49,393 nt of DNA from Anderseniella sp. (GTDB lineage: Bacteria > Pseudomonadota > Alphaproteobacteria > Rhizobiales > Aestuariivirgaceae). Positions 8,604-17,731 of the stretch are shown here, piece after piece. The stretch covers positions 1 to 49,393 of the forward strand of contig JAZBOA010000095.1 in assembly GCA_036350935.1 (NCBI GenBank), written 5' to 3'. Position numbers and translations under genes: made by a program. Under the pieces are notes generated by a model. The model saw only the letters and a program-made list of their open reading frames with translations. It made no database searches and was not told where the DNA came from. Within the stretch, counting starts at the first letter, position 1; the number at the start of each line of letters is the position of its first letter.

Positions 8604-10202
8604 ATGAGCATAGAGCTGTCCTTTCATGGCGCCGCGCGCACCGTTACCGGGTCCTGCTTCCGGCTGAAGACGAGGGCCGGCACGGTGCTTGTCGATTGCG
8701 GCCTCTTCCAGGGCTCGAAGACGTTGCGCGAGCTCAACTATCAGCCGTTTCCGTTCCGCCCGGCTGATATCGACGCGGTCATTCTGACCCACGCCCATAT
8801 CGACCATACCGGCCTGATTCCGAAGCTTACCAGCCGCGGCTTCAAGGGCGCGATACACGCGACGGTGCCCACGGTCGACCTGTGCTCGGTGATGCTGCCG
8901 GACTCCGGCCACATCCAGGAGTCCGAGGTCGAACGCCTCAACCGCCGCAATCGCCAGCGCGGCCACAAGATGATCGAACCGATCTACACCCTGCGCGATG
9001 CGCTTGCCGCGATGGAGCAGTTCACCGGCCATGATTACGAAACCTGGGTGCAGGTGCTGCCGGGCATCCGGGCGCGGTTCTGGAACGCCGGTCACATGCT
9101 CGGCTCATCCTCGGTCGAGGTGCAGCTGGCCGACGGCGGCAACGGCAAACCGGTAACGCTGTTTTTCTCCGGCGACATCGGCCCTGAGCAGAAGCTCCTG
9201 CAGCCAGATCCGGAGGCGCCTGCCGGCTATGACTACCTGCTGTGCGAAAGCACCTTCGGCGCCACCGACCGCGCCTCGACGACGCCGGAGGCCCGCCGCG
9301 CCCAGCTTGCGAAGCACGTTCGCGCGGCGGCTGAGAAGCGCGGCGCCTTGCTCATTCCCTCGTTTGCCGTAGAGCGCACCCAGGAGGTGGTCACCGACCT
9401 GATGCTGCTGATGCACAACGGCGAGGCTCCGGCAGCCCCAGTGTTCATCGACAGCCCGCTGGCCCACCGCGCCACCGAGATATTCCTCAAGCATGCTGGC
9501 ATGCTGGAAAACGGCGCGGCCCTGAAAGCTGCACTCAACTCACCCAACCTGCAATTCTCCGAAAGCGTCGAGGACTCAAAGGCCATCGGCCGGCTGAGCG
9601 GCTACCATGTCGTTATTTCGGCCAGCGGCATGTGCGATGCCGGCCGCATCCGGCATCATCTGAAGAACCACCTCTACCGCCCCAACGCGACCGTGCTGAT
9701 GGTCGGATACCAGGCCCAGGGCACCCTCGGGCGCATTCTCATGGAAGGCGCGCAAACCGTGAAGATCCATGGCGAGGAAGTGGACGTCAAAGCCTCCATC
9801 GAACACATCAACAGCTACTCCGGCCATGCCGACGCTCCCGAACTGGAGCAATGGATCGCCGAACGGCTGCCCGTCCATCGCAACCTTTTTCTCACCCATG
9901 GCGAAGAGGCAGGCATGACCGGCCTCGCCGCGCGCATCGCCGGCAAGCTGGTGCCCTCCGAGCGAATCATCACGCCCGAGATCGACGACACGTTCCGGCT
10001 GGATGGTGAGGTGGCCCGCCAGGTCGACAGCGAGGTGCGCCGGCACATCGACCCGCCGGAGGCAGCGCGCGAGCCGGACTGGAACAACGAGCTCACCCAG
10101 CTCATGTTCGATATCGATGCCGCACTGGAGAAGCAGGCTGGCGGACGCAACCGCTCCAGGCTGATCAGACACCTGCGCCGGGCACTCGAGGAGGCAGGCT
10201 GA
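8604..10202 (+). CDS. Metallo-beta-lactamase-fold beta-CASP ribonuclease (YSH1/CPSF-like)
   Basis: VDCGLFQG, THAHIDH, AGHMLGS, FSGD, FAVERTQE, SASGM, YSGHAD, THGE. Confidence 0.9.
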   Translation: MSIELSFHGAARTVTGSCFRLKTRAGTVLVDCGLFQGSKTLRELNYQPFPFRPADIDAVILTHAHIDHTGLIPKLTSRGFKGAIHATVPTVDLCSVMLPDSGHIQESEVERLNRRNRQRGHKMIEPIYTLRDALAAMEQFTGHDYETWVQVLPGIRARFWNAGHMLGSSSVEVQLADGGNGKPVTLFFSGDIGPEQKLLQPDPEAPAGYDYLLCESTFGATDRASTTPEARRAQLAKHVRAAAEKRGALLIPSFAVERTQEVVTDLMLLMHNGEAPAAPVFIDSPLAHRATEIFLKHAGMLENGAALKAALNSPNLQFSESVEDSKAIGRLSGYHVVISASGMCDAGRIRHHLKNHLYRPNATVLMVGYQAQGTLGRILMEGAQTVKIHGEEVDVKASIEHINSYSGHADAPELEQWIAERLPVHRNLFLTHGEEAGMTGLAARIAGKLVPSERIITPEIDDTFRLDGEVARQVDSEVRRHIDPPEAAREPDWNNELTQLMFDIDAALEKQAGGRNRSRLIRHLRRALEEAG

Positions 10203-11079
10203 TTTCCGGCTTCTCCAGCCGGGCAAGCTTGCGTTCACGATGCGCGATATAGGTGCTCGCCGCCAGGATCAGCGCACCGCCGGCGAATACCCACACGCTC
10301 GGCGTCTCGGCGAACAGCAGGAAGCCGAAGGCGCTGGTCCATACCAGTTGCAGGAAGGTTACAGGCTGCACCACGGTGATGTCCGCCACGCCGTAGGACC
10401 GCGTCAGGCAGTAGTGGCCCGCCGTTGCCCCCACCGTGGCCGCTGCCAGCCAAGCCATTTGCTCCAGGCTCGGCGTCTGCCATACAACCACGGCCACAGG
10501 CGCCAGCACCGCAAGGCAGACAAAGTTCAGCATGATCACGATCATGGCGGGGCTGTCGAACTGCGTCAGACGCTTCACCATCAGCATGGCGATGGCAAAC
10601 AGCGGCGTGGCGGCAAGCTGCGCCAGCTGGCCCGTCGAGAGGGTTTCAAACCCCGGCCGCAGGATCAGCACAACCCCGGCAAGTCCCGCCAGCACAGCCC
10701 CCAGCCGGCGCAGCTGGATCTTCTCGCCGAACATCAGCGCTGCCCCGATGGTCATGAAGATCGGCGTTGTGTAGCCGATCGCCGTCACCTCCGCCATCGG
10801 GATGCGCGCCATGGCGTAGAACCACAACAACACGCCCGCCCCGTGGAACGCGCCACGCCAGACATGCAGCCACAACAGCTTGCCACGCGGAAAACTGAAA
10901 CCGGCACGCATCAGCAATGGCGCCAGGAAAACGATACCCATGGCATAGCGCACGGTGGCCGACACCGCTGACGGCAGATCCGGTCCGACATGGCGAACCG
11001 ACGCCATCACGACGGTGAAGCACAGGCCGGACAGCACCATCCAGCCCATGCCGCGCAGGTTGTCGCTTGCTGCCGGCAT
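10165..11079 (-). CDS. DMT/EamA-family transporter
   Basis: About ten hydrophobic helices in two EamA repeats; start chosen at MPAASDNLRG. Confidence 0.88.
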   Translation of the reverse strand: MPAASDNLRGMGWMVLSGLCFTVVMASVRHVGPDLPSAVSATVRYAMGIVFLAPLLMRAGFSFPRGKLLWLHVWRGAFHGAGVLLWFYAMARIPMAEVTAIGYTTPIFMTIGAALMFGEKIQLRRLGAVLAGLAGVVLILRPGFETLSTGQLAQLAATPLFAIAMLMVKRLTQFDSPAMIVIMLNFVCLAVLAPVAVVVWQTPSLEQMAWLAAATVGATAGHYCLTRSYGVADITVVQPVTFLQLVWTSAFGFLLFAETPSVWVFAGGALILAASTYIAHRERKLARLEKPEISLPPRVPGAGV

Positions 11080-11217
11080 CGCTCCCCGTCTGGCCTTCAC
11101 GCCTTGATGACTGGTTGAATCGGGCTCCATCGTATAGGTCTTGGGTACCCCATACCATGCCGCAGCCGCATGGATGCCATGACCGGTTGAAGGAAAACAG
11201 ATGCAGACGGAACGCCC

Positions 11218-11991
11218 ATGACTGAACAAACCGACTCCAAGGCCCAGATGAACTCGTCCACCTACACGCTGCCGGCGCTGGACCAGGAGTTCCTGCTGGG
11301 TGATTCAACCCGCGGCATCCGCTTCATGCTGGAGTACATGAAAGCCGAGGAGCACCTGCGCCACTGGGGCATCCGGACCACCATCGTGGCGTTCGGCTCA
11401 GCCCGGGTTACGCCGGAAGACGCAGGCAAGCGCGGCCACTGGTACCGCTCGGCCCTGGAACTTGGCCGCATCGTTTCCGAGCGCGGCGGCGCGCTTGAAC
11501 ACAACGACGGCCAGCGCGACAACGTCATCGCCACCGGCGGCGGCCCCGGCATCATGGAAGCCGCCAACCGCGGCGCCATCCTTGCGGGCGCGCCCACCAT
11601 CGGCTTCAACATCACCCTGCCCCACGAGCAGGAGCCTAACCCGTGGTCGACACCCGACCTCACCTTCAACTTCCACTACTTCGCAATGCGCAAGATGCAC
11701 CTGGCCATGCGGGCCAACGGCCTGTGCGTCTTTCCCGGCGGTTTCGGCACCATGGACGAACTGTTCGAGATCCTGACGCTGGTTCAGACCAACAAGATGA
11801 AGAAGATACCCATCATCCTGTTCGACCGGGAATTCTGGACGTCGGCAGTGAACTTGCAGACCTTGCTTGACGCAGGCACCATTTCGCCAGGCGACGAAGC
11901 CCTGTTTCATTATGCCGAAACTGCCGAGGAAGTCTGGGATCACCTGGTGGCCGGCGGCATCCTGGAAGGCGTGCCATTGCAGGCCGATTGA
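11218..11991 (+). CDS. LOG-family nucleotide phosphoribohydrolase (TIGR00730-like)
   Basis: FGSAR, TGGGPGIMEAANRGA, FAMRK, PGGFGTMDE. Confidence 0.9.
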   Translation: MTEQTDSKAQMNSSTYTLPALDQEFLLGDSTRGIRFMLEYMKAEEHLRHWGIRTTIVAFGSARVTPEDAGKRGHWYRSALELGRIVSERGGALEHNDGQRDNVIATGGGPGIMEAANRGAILAGAPTIGFNITLPHEQEPNPWSTPDLTFNFHYFAMRKMHLAMRANGLCVFPGGFGTMDELFEILTLVQTNKMKKIPIILFDREFWTSAVNLQTLLDAGTISPGDEALFHYAETAEEVWDHLVAGGILEGVPLQAD

Positions 11992-12008
11992 AGCGGTTTA
12001 AACCGCTT
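11991..12008. promoter_or_regulatory. Perfect 18-bp palindrome AAGCGGTTTAAACCGCTT
   Basis: Seen directly at the LOG stop codon, upstream of the sigma-54 activator; role unknown. Confidence 0.4.
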
Positions 12009-12127
12009 GTTCACCATATTCAGGCATCCTCACTGGCAAGATTTCGTCAGTGAGTGCGGGCCGCGCCATCCTCCACGGAGCAATCATGGCGCGCCACCCG
12101 CCGGTTTAGTAATCAGGTTCGTTCCGC

Positions 12128-13513
12128 ATGTCCGGCAATGCTACCAGTTCAAGAGTGGTCCTCATCGTGGAGGACCGGCCGTCCGTCGCCAGCGTCTATC
12201 GCAACCATCTCGAAGCCAACGGCTTTGCGTGCGAACTGGCCTGCGACCACAAGGCCGCCCGCGCGCAGGCAGCCCGCAGCGCCCCGTACGCCGTCCTTCT
12301 GTCGCTGGAATTGCCGGGGGCTCAAGGAGCTGACCTGATCGGTCCGCTGTCGGCTGCAGCACCATCTGCCGCCATCATCGTCATTGCCGCCAATGCCTCG
12401 ATCAACGCAGCTGTGGACGCCGTCCGCGCAGGGGCCTGGGACTATCTTGTCTCGCCGGTATCCCGCAACCGTCTGCTGACCACGCTGGCCAATGCCGGTG
12501 ACCGCAGCAGCTGTGCCGTGCAGCCGGCATCGCAGCCGCGCTCAGCCGTTACAGCATCGCCGCAAGCCGGCCGGATGATCGGCTCCTCTTCAGTCATGGC
12601 CGAAACCCGCCGCCAGATCGCCGCCATCGCGGCATCCAGCGCGCCCGCCTTCATCACCGGCGAAAGCGGCACTGGCAAGGAACTTTGCGCCGAGGCCATC
12701 CACGCCGGATCGCCACGCACCGGCAAACCGTTCGTGGCGCTCAATTGCGGCGCCATACCGCGCGACCTGATGGAATCGGAAATCTTCGGCCACCTGAAGG
12801 GCGCCTTTACCGGCGCCATTTCGGACCGTGAAGGGGCAGCGGCGGCAGCCGACGGCGGCACCCTGTTCCTCGACGAGATTTGCGAGATGGACCTCGCCCT
12901 GCAAACCAAGCTGCTGCGCTTCCTGCAGACCGGCACCATCCAGCCGGTCGGCTCGGCGCACACCCGCAAGGTCGACATCCGCGTTGTCTGCGCCACCAAC
13001 CGGGACCCGCACGAGGAAGTCGCCCAGGGCCGCTTCCGCGAAGACCTGTTCTTCCGGCTGCACGTGCTGCCGGTCCGTCTCGCCCCCTTGCGAGAGCGCG
13101 GCAACGACGTCATCGAACTGGCGGATACCTTCCTGCGCCACTATGCGCACGACGAAAACAAGCGCTTCACCAGCTTTTGTGACACGGCACTCGACCTGCT
13201 GAAGGCGCACCGCTGGCCGGGCAACGTTCGAGAACTGCAGAACGTCATCCGGCAGGCCATCGTGCTCAACGACGGTGAATTGCTGGAGGCAGACATGCTG
13301 CCCGCCCATGTGGGCAACGGCCATCAGGCAGCCCTGGCGAGCCCGGCCACACCGGCGCTGGACGGCAGGCTCCTTTGGCAAATCGAGCGTGATGTGATCG
13401 AGGCGGCGATAGCCAGTTTTGCCGGGTCGATCCCCAAGGCCGCACAGGCGCTGGGCATCAGCCCTTCGACCATCTACCGCAAGCGCGAAAGCTGGCAGGC
13501 GATACCGGCCTGA
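12128..13513 (+). CDS. Sigma-54 enhancer-binding protein, LuxO/NtrC-like, with degenerate receiver domain
   Basis: GESGTGKE, GAFTGA, LFLDEICEM, RFREDLFFRL, WPGNVRELQN and a C-terminal Fis-type HTH (ALGISPSTIYRK). Confidence 0.92.
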   Translation: MSGNATSSRVVLIVEDRPSVASVYRNHLEANGFACELACDHKAARAQAARSAPYAVLLSLELPGAQGADLIGPLSAAAPSAAIIVIAANASINAAVDAVRAGAWDYLVSPVSRNRLLTTLANAGDRSSCAVQPASQPRSAVTASPQAGRMIGSSSVMAETRRQIAAIAASSAPAFITGESGTGKELCAEAIHAGSPRTGKPFVALNCGAIPRDLMESEIFGHLKGAFTGAISDREGAAAAADGGTLFLDEICEMDLALQTKLLRFLQTGTIQPVGSAHTRKVDIRVVCATNRDPHEEVAQGRFREDLFFRLHVLPVRLAPLRERGNDVIELADTFLRHYAHDENKRFTSFCDTALDLLKAHRWPGNVRELQNVIRQAIVLNDGELLEADMLPAHVGNGHQAALASPATPALDGRLLWQIERDVIEAAIASFAGSIPKAAQALGISPSTIYRKRESWQAIPA

Positions 13514-13523
13514 CCCGGCCGCT

Positions 13524-13952
13524 TCAGCCTGCGAAGATCAGGTCGTCGTCATCGCTGACGATGTCGCCGAAATGCACCGCCACCAGCGCAACATCCGAGT
13601 CCCGACCGGCTTTCAGCCCGTGCACGACGCCGGCGGGAATGTACAGGCTGTCATCGGGGCTGGCGATCAGCACATCGTCACCCAGCATCACCTCGGCCTC
13701 GCCTGAAACCACCGTCCAGTGCTCGGAGCGGTGTCTGTGATAATGGGCCGGCATCGACTCGCCGGCCTTCACCTCGATCCGTTCAACCCGGTGCCCGCCT
13801 CCGCCGGACAGCACCGAGACCGATCCCCAGCCATGCTGCAGGCAAGGTTTCTCCGCCCCGTTGCGCGGCACCGGATGATAGTCGGCAAGTCTTGCTGAAT
13901 GTGACCTGGGCGCAAGGCGCGCAAGCGGAACCACCGGCACGATGCCAGCCAT
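13524..13952 (-). CDS. Stand-alone cupin resembling the C-terminal phosphomannose-isomerase domain of ManC
   Basis: HGWG...RIEVKAG...HYHRHRSEHWTVVSG...YIPAGVVH; GAGGGAG RBS before ATG 13952. Confidence 0.75.
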   Translation of the reverse strand: MAGIVPVVPLARLAPRSHSARLADYHPVPRNGAEKPCLQHGWGSVSVLSGGGGHRVERIEVKAGESMPAHYHRHRSEHWTVVSGEAEVMLGDDVLIASPDDSLYIPAGVVHGLKAGRDSDVALVAVHFGDIVSDDDDLIFAG

Positions 13953-14062
13953 GACGCAGTCTCCCTCGTGTTCCGGGTGTCCTGCTGCCGTGGCCGAACC
14001 CATTTGCCGGGTTTCTTGCACTCCACGGGGCTGGCGCCACCCGCCTGTTGCTTGTCGAGGCA

Positions 14063-14078
14063 AGCAAGCGGTGGGCCA
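14063..14078 (-). promoter_or_regulatory. Sigma-54 -24/-12 promoter
   Basis: Minus strand reads TGGCCCACCGCTTGCT, i.e. GG-N10-GC within TGGC...TTGCT. Confidence 0.75.
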
Positions 14079-14153
14079 ATGCAGCCGCCGGGCCGAAAGC
14101 GTGGAGAATCCGTCATTGCATCCATCATCGGACATGCCAGACCGAAGCTGGAT

Positions 14154-14190
14154 CTTTGCAGAATGCAAAGCCTGCATCGCAGAATGCAAA
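14154..14190. promoter_or_regulatory. Tandem enhancer (UAS) boxes of the TTGCA-N3-TGCAA type
   Basis: CTTTGCAGAATGCAAAG (14154-14170) and TCGCAGAATGCAAA (14177-14190), 21 bp apart, about 110-130 bp upstream of the predicted sigma-54 start. Confidence 0.72.
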
Positions 14191-14261
14191 CGTGGCGGAA
14201 AATGCCGGGCTGGCTTCCTGCCGGCCGAATGACAGGAAACTGCGGGGTCCGGCGGAAAGTG

Positions 14262-14420
14262 CTACTTCAGGTCTTCGCTGTCTTCCATCACCTTGAGGAG
14301 GTGCATGACCTCCTTCAGTTCCGGCGAGATGTCCTGATGACGGCGGGTGCGATCCGGAGAGACAGGCTGTTGGCCGTTGCCGTCGGAAACTTCATCCGCT
14401 ATGCGGTTTACGCTGTACAT
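14262..14420 (-). CDS. Small hypothetical protein (52 aa)
   Basis: Below the ORF-track cutoff. MYSVNRIADEVSDGNGQQPVSPDRTRRHQDISPELKEVMHLLKVMEDSEDLK; GC3-rich codons in its 3' half, purine-rich RBS, fills an intergenic gap. Confidence 0.55.
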   Translation of the reverse strand: MYSVNRIADEVSDGNGQQPVSPDRTRRHQDISPELKEVMHLLKVMEDSEDLK

Positions 14421-14574
14421 TGTCCCAGCCCTTCAACTCTGGTCGGAGATGCAGTCTATGACTGTACCTCCTAATGAATCTCTAACCATGCCGGGTAAAG
14501 ATTGCCGCCCGGTCACTGGCTGAACCGTCTAGGCTTGCTTCCGGGCGGAATTTGGACAGGGAGACGACAAAAGT

Positions 14575-16197
14575 ATGCTGAGACCGGCTGCAAGCTATGC
14601 CGACCTGGTGAATGGTTTTTCCTGGAACCTGCCGGAGCGGTTCAATATCGGCGTGGCGATCAGCAGCACCTGGGCGCAACAGGCGCCAGACCGGGTGGCA
14701 ATGATCGAGCACATGGACGATGGCCCGGCCCGCCACACCACCTTCGCCCAGCTTGACGCCATGGCCAACCGCATCGCCAACCTGCTGGCCTCCTGCGGCA
14801 TACGGGCTGGCGACAGGGTGGCGCTGCTGCTGCCGCAATGCCGGGAGACCGCCGCCGCCCACGTTGCCATCTACAAGCTGGGCGCCATTGCCGTTCCGCT
14901 GGCCATGCTGTTCGGCGTCGAGGCATTGCAGTACCGTTTGCAGAACTCCGGCGCACGCGCGCTGCTCATCTCGACTGCCTCACACGGCAATGTCGCCGAA
15001 GTGCGCCCCGCGCTGTCGGCGCTGGAGCACATCTTCTGCATCGATGGCGCACTCGACTTCGCGCCACACCTGCACGATGCCTGCCGCCCCATGGCGGAGC
15101 AGTTCGAAGCCCGCGACACCAGCCTCGATGACCCGTGCCTGATGATCTACACCTCCGGCACCACCGGCCCGCCCAAGGGCGCGCTGCATGCCCACCGTGT
15201 GCTGCTGGGCCACCTGCCCGGAGTCCAGTTTGCCCACGAGTTCCTGCCTCAGCCGGGCGACCTGATGTGGACGCCCTCCGACTGGGCGTGGGCCGGCGGG
15301 CTGCTCAACGTACTGCTGCCGTCGCTCTATTTCGGCGTGCCGGTGCTGGCCTACAGGTTCCGCAAGTTCGACCCCGCCTTCGCCTGGGACCTGCTGGCGC
15401 AATACGGCGTGCGCAACGTCTTCGTGCCGCCCACCGCGCTCAAGCTGATGCGCGCCTCAACCCCGCAGGATGTTGGCCGGCTGAACCTGCGAACCCTGTT
15501 CTCAGGCGGCGAGGCGGTTGGCCAGGCGCTCCAGGAATGGGCTGAAGCCAAGTTGGGCATGCGCATCAACGAAGTCTACGGCCAGACCGAATGCAACCTT
15601 GTGCTGGAAAGCTGCAACGCGCTGGGCGTGTGGAAATCCGGCGCCATCGGCAAGCCGGTGCCCGGTCATACAGTCGCCATTGTCGACGACCTGGGTCAGC
15701 CTCTGCCCGATGGCCAGGCGGGCAATATCGCCGTGCAGCGTCCCGACCCGGTGATGTTCCTCGAATACTGGGGCAAGCCGGAAGCCACCAGGGACAAGTT
15801 TGCCGGCGACTGGCTGCTGACCGGCGACCAGGGCTATCGCGACTCGGAAGGGTACTTCCACTTCGTTGGCCGCGACGACGACGTCATCACCTCATCGGGC
15901 TACCGCATCGGCCCCGGCGAGATCGAGGATTGCCTGTCGCGGCACCCGGCGGTGAAGCTCGCCGCTGCTGTCGGTGTGCCCGACCCGGTGCGCACCGAAA
16001 TCGTCAAGGCGTTCATCGTGCTCAACCCCGGTTATGAGCCCTCGCCCGCCCTGGAAGACGGCATCCGCGAACACGTTCGCAACCGGCTGTCGGCCCACGA
16101 ATACCCCCGCGTCTTCGAGTTTCGCGACGAGCTGCCGCTGACCACCACCGGCAAGGTGATCCGCCGGCTGTTGCGGGACGGCGTGTCTTCAAAATGA
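14575..16197 (+). CDS. Acyl-CoA synthetase (acetate/medium-chain CoA ligase family)
   Basis: YTSGTTGPPKG, YGQTE, TGD, GRDDD, PLTTTGK. Confidence 0.9.
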   Translation: MLRPAASYADLVNGFSWNLPERFNIGVAISSTWAQQAPDRVAMIEHMDDGPARHTTFAQLDAMANRIANLLASCGIRAGDRVALLLPQCRETAAAHVAIYKLGAIAVPLAMLFGVEALQYRLQNSGARALLISTASHGNVAEVRPALSALEHIFCIDGALDFAPHLHDACRPMAEQFEARDTSLDDPCLMIYTSGTTGPPKGALHAHRVLLGHLPGVQFAHEFLPQPGDLMWTPSDWAWAGGLLNVLLPSLYFGVPVLAYRFRKFDPAFAWDLLAQYGVRNVFVPPTALKLMRASTPQDVGRLNLRTLFSGGEAVGQALQEWAEAKLGMRINEVYGQTECNLVLESCNALGVWKSGAIGKPVPGHTVAIVDDLGQPLPDGQAGNIAVQRPDPVMFLEYWGKPEATRDKFAGDWLLTGDQGYRDSEGYFHFVGRDDDVITSSGYRIGPGEIEDCLSRHPAVKLAAAVGVPDPVRTEIVKAFIVLNPGYEPSPALEDGIREHVRNRLSAHEYPRVFEFRDELPLTTTGKVIRRLLRDGVSSK

Positions 16198-16284
16198 CGT
16201 GTTCCGCATGAACCATCCGTTCCGTCAACCGTTATCACCGGTTATCGTCTCGCCTTGTCCAACTCAACTCCAGGGAGATCGTGC

Positions 16285-16740
16285 ATGAAATTCGAACTTA
16301 AAGTTTCCGCCCGTGCCGCGGTTCTTGGCCTTGCGGCTGCCTCTGTCCTTGCCACCGCTGCCACCGCCGGTCCTATCGAGGATCGCCAGCAGGCCATGAA
16401 GAACGTCGGCAAGGCCATGGGCCAGCTCGCGGCCATTGCCAAGAAGGAAGCTGCGTTCGATGCCGCCGTCGTCAAGGCTGCAGGCGAGTCGATTGCCGAA
16501 AACGCCAAGGTTTTCAAAGTCAATTTCCCCGAAGACAGCAAGGACGGCCCGCCTGAAACATGGGCCAAGGCGGAGATCTGGGCCAACATGGACGACTTCA
16601 ACATGAAGGCCGACAAGTCGGTTGAGGCCGCCATGGCCATGGCCGCGGTCACCGATGAAGCCAACTTCGGTGCTGCCATGGGTGCGCTGGGCGGCAGCTG
16701 CAAGGCCTGCCACGAGGACTATCGCCGGCCGAAGGAATAA
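16285..16740 (+). CDS. Class II cytochrome c (c'/c556)
   Basis: Signal peptide, RQQAMK, C-terminal CKACH. Confidence 0.9.
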   Translation: MKFELKVSARAAVLGLAAASVLATAATAGPIEDRQQAMKNVGKAMGQLAAIAKKEAAFDAAVVKAAGESIAENAKVFKVNFPEDSKDGPPETWAKAEIWANMDDFNMKADKSVEAAMAMAAVTDEANFGAAMGALGGSCKACHEDYRRPKE

Positions 16741-16812
16741 GGTCTGCCGGGGCGCGGTCCGTCCGGTTTTGCGCACGGACCGCCCCCTCCCAATCCATCA
16801 GGAACCGATGCC

Positions 16813-17724
16813 ATGAAGCGCGCGATCGCTGCATTGATCATGCTGGCAGGCACGGCTGGCGCTGCCGGGTGGATTTCGGCCGCGCCCGAGCCCCGGCCCG
16901 CGGCGACCATGGCCGCCCACGCGGCTGACGTCGAGAATGGCAAGCGGCTCTATACCGCCTCAGGTTGCCTGTCATGTCACTTGCCCGCCAAGGACAACAA
17001 GGAAGCCGATCGCTCCCTGCCATCGGGCGGCATGGCCTTGCACACCCCGGCCGGCACGTTCTACCCGCCCAATATCACCCCCGATCCTGAAACCGGTATT
17101 GGCGGCTGGAGCGATATCGACTTCATCAACGCGGTCAAGCTTGGCATTTCGCCGGACGGGCGGCATTACCTGCCGGCCTTCCCCTACACTTCCTACAGCC
17201 AGATGAGCGATGCCGACGTGCTCGACATCAAGGCCTACATGGACACGCTGACCCCGGTTAAGGCCGCCAACAGAGAACCTGACCTGCCGCTCGGCCTGCC
17301 TGTCGAGGCAGTCATGCGCCGCGGTCTTGGCCTGTGGAAGATGGCCGCGTTCGAACCGGTCTCCTTCCAGCCCGATGCGTCGAAAGATGACGTCTGGAAC
17401 CTTGGTGCCTACCTGGTAACCGGTCCCGGGCACTGCGGCGAATGCCACACCCCGCGTAACGCCGTCATGGCAATGGACGAGGGCCGGAGGCTGGCCGGCG
17501 GGCCGCATCCCGAGGGCGTGGGCAACGTACCGTCGCTGCGCAGCCTGAAAGCGCGGGGGCGCTACAAGGACGTGAATGATCTCGCCACCGCCCTCGAATT
17601 CGGCGAGACGCTGGGCTACGACAAGATGTCGTCAGGCGGCATGGGAGCGGTGCAGACCAACATGTCAAAGCTGCCGCCCGAAGATCGCATCGCCATCGCC
17701 ACCTACCTGATGAGCCTCGAGTGA
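16813..17724 (+). CDS. Diheme cytochrome c (gluconate/alcohol dehydrogenase cytochrome-subunit-like)
   Basis: CLSCH and CGECHTPR, PNITPDPETGIG, YPAFPY-like segment. Confidence 0.88.
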   Translation: MKRAIAALIMLAGTAGAAGWISAAPEPRPAATMAAHAADVENGKRLYTASGCLSCHLPAKDNKEADRSLPSGGMALHTPAGTFYPPNITPDPETGIGGWSDIDFINAVKLGISPDGRHYLPAFPYTSYSQMSDADVLDIKAYMDTLTPVKAANREPDLPLGLPVEAVMRRGLGLWKMAAFEPVSFQPDASKDDVWNLGAYLVTGPGHCGECHTPRNAVMAMDEGRRLAGGPHPEGVGNVPSLRSLKARGRYKDVNDLATALEFGETLGYDKMSSGGMGAVQTNMSKLPPEDRIAIATYLMSLE

Positions 17725-17731
17725 GCCCGCC

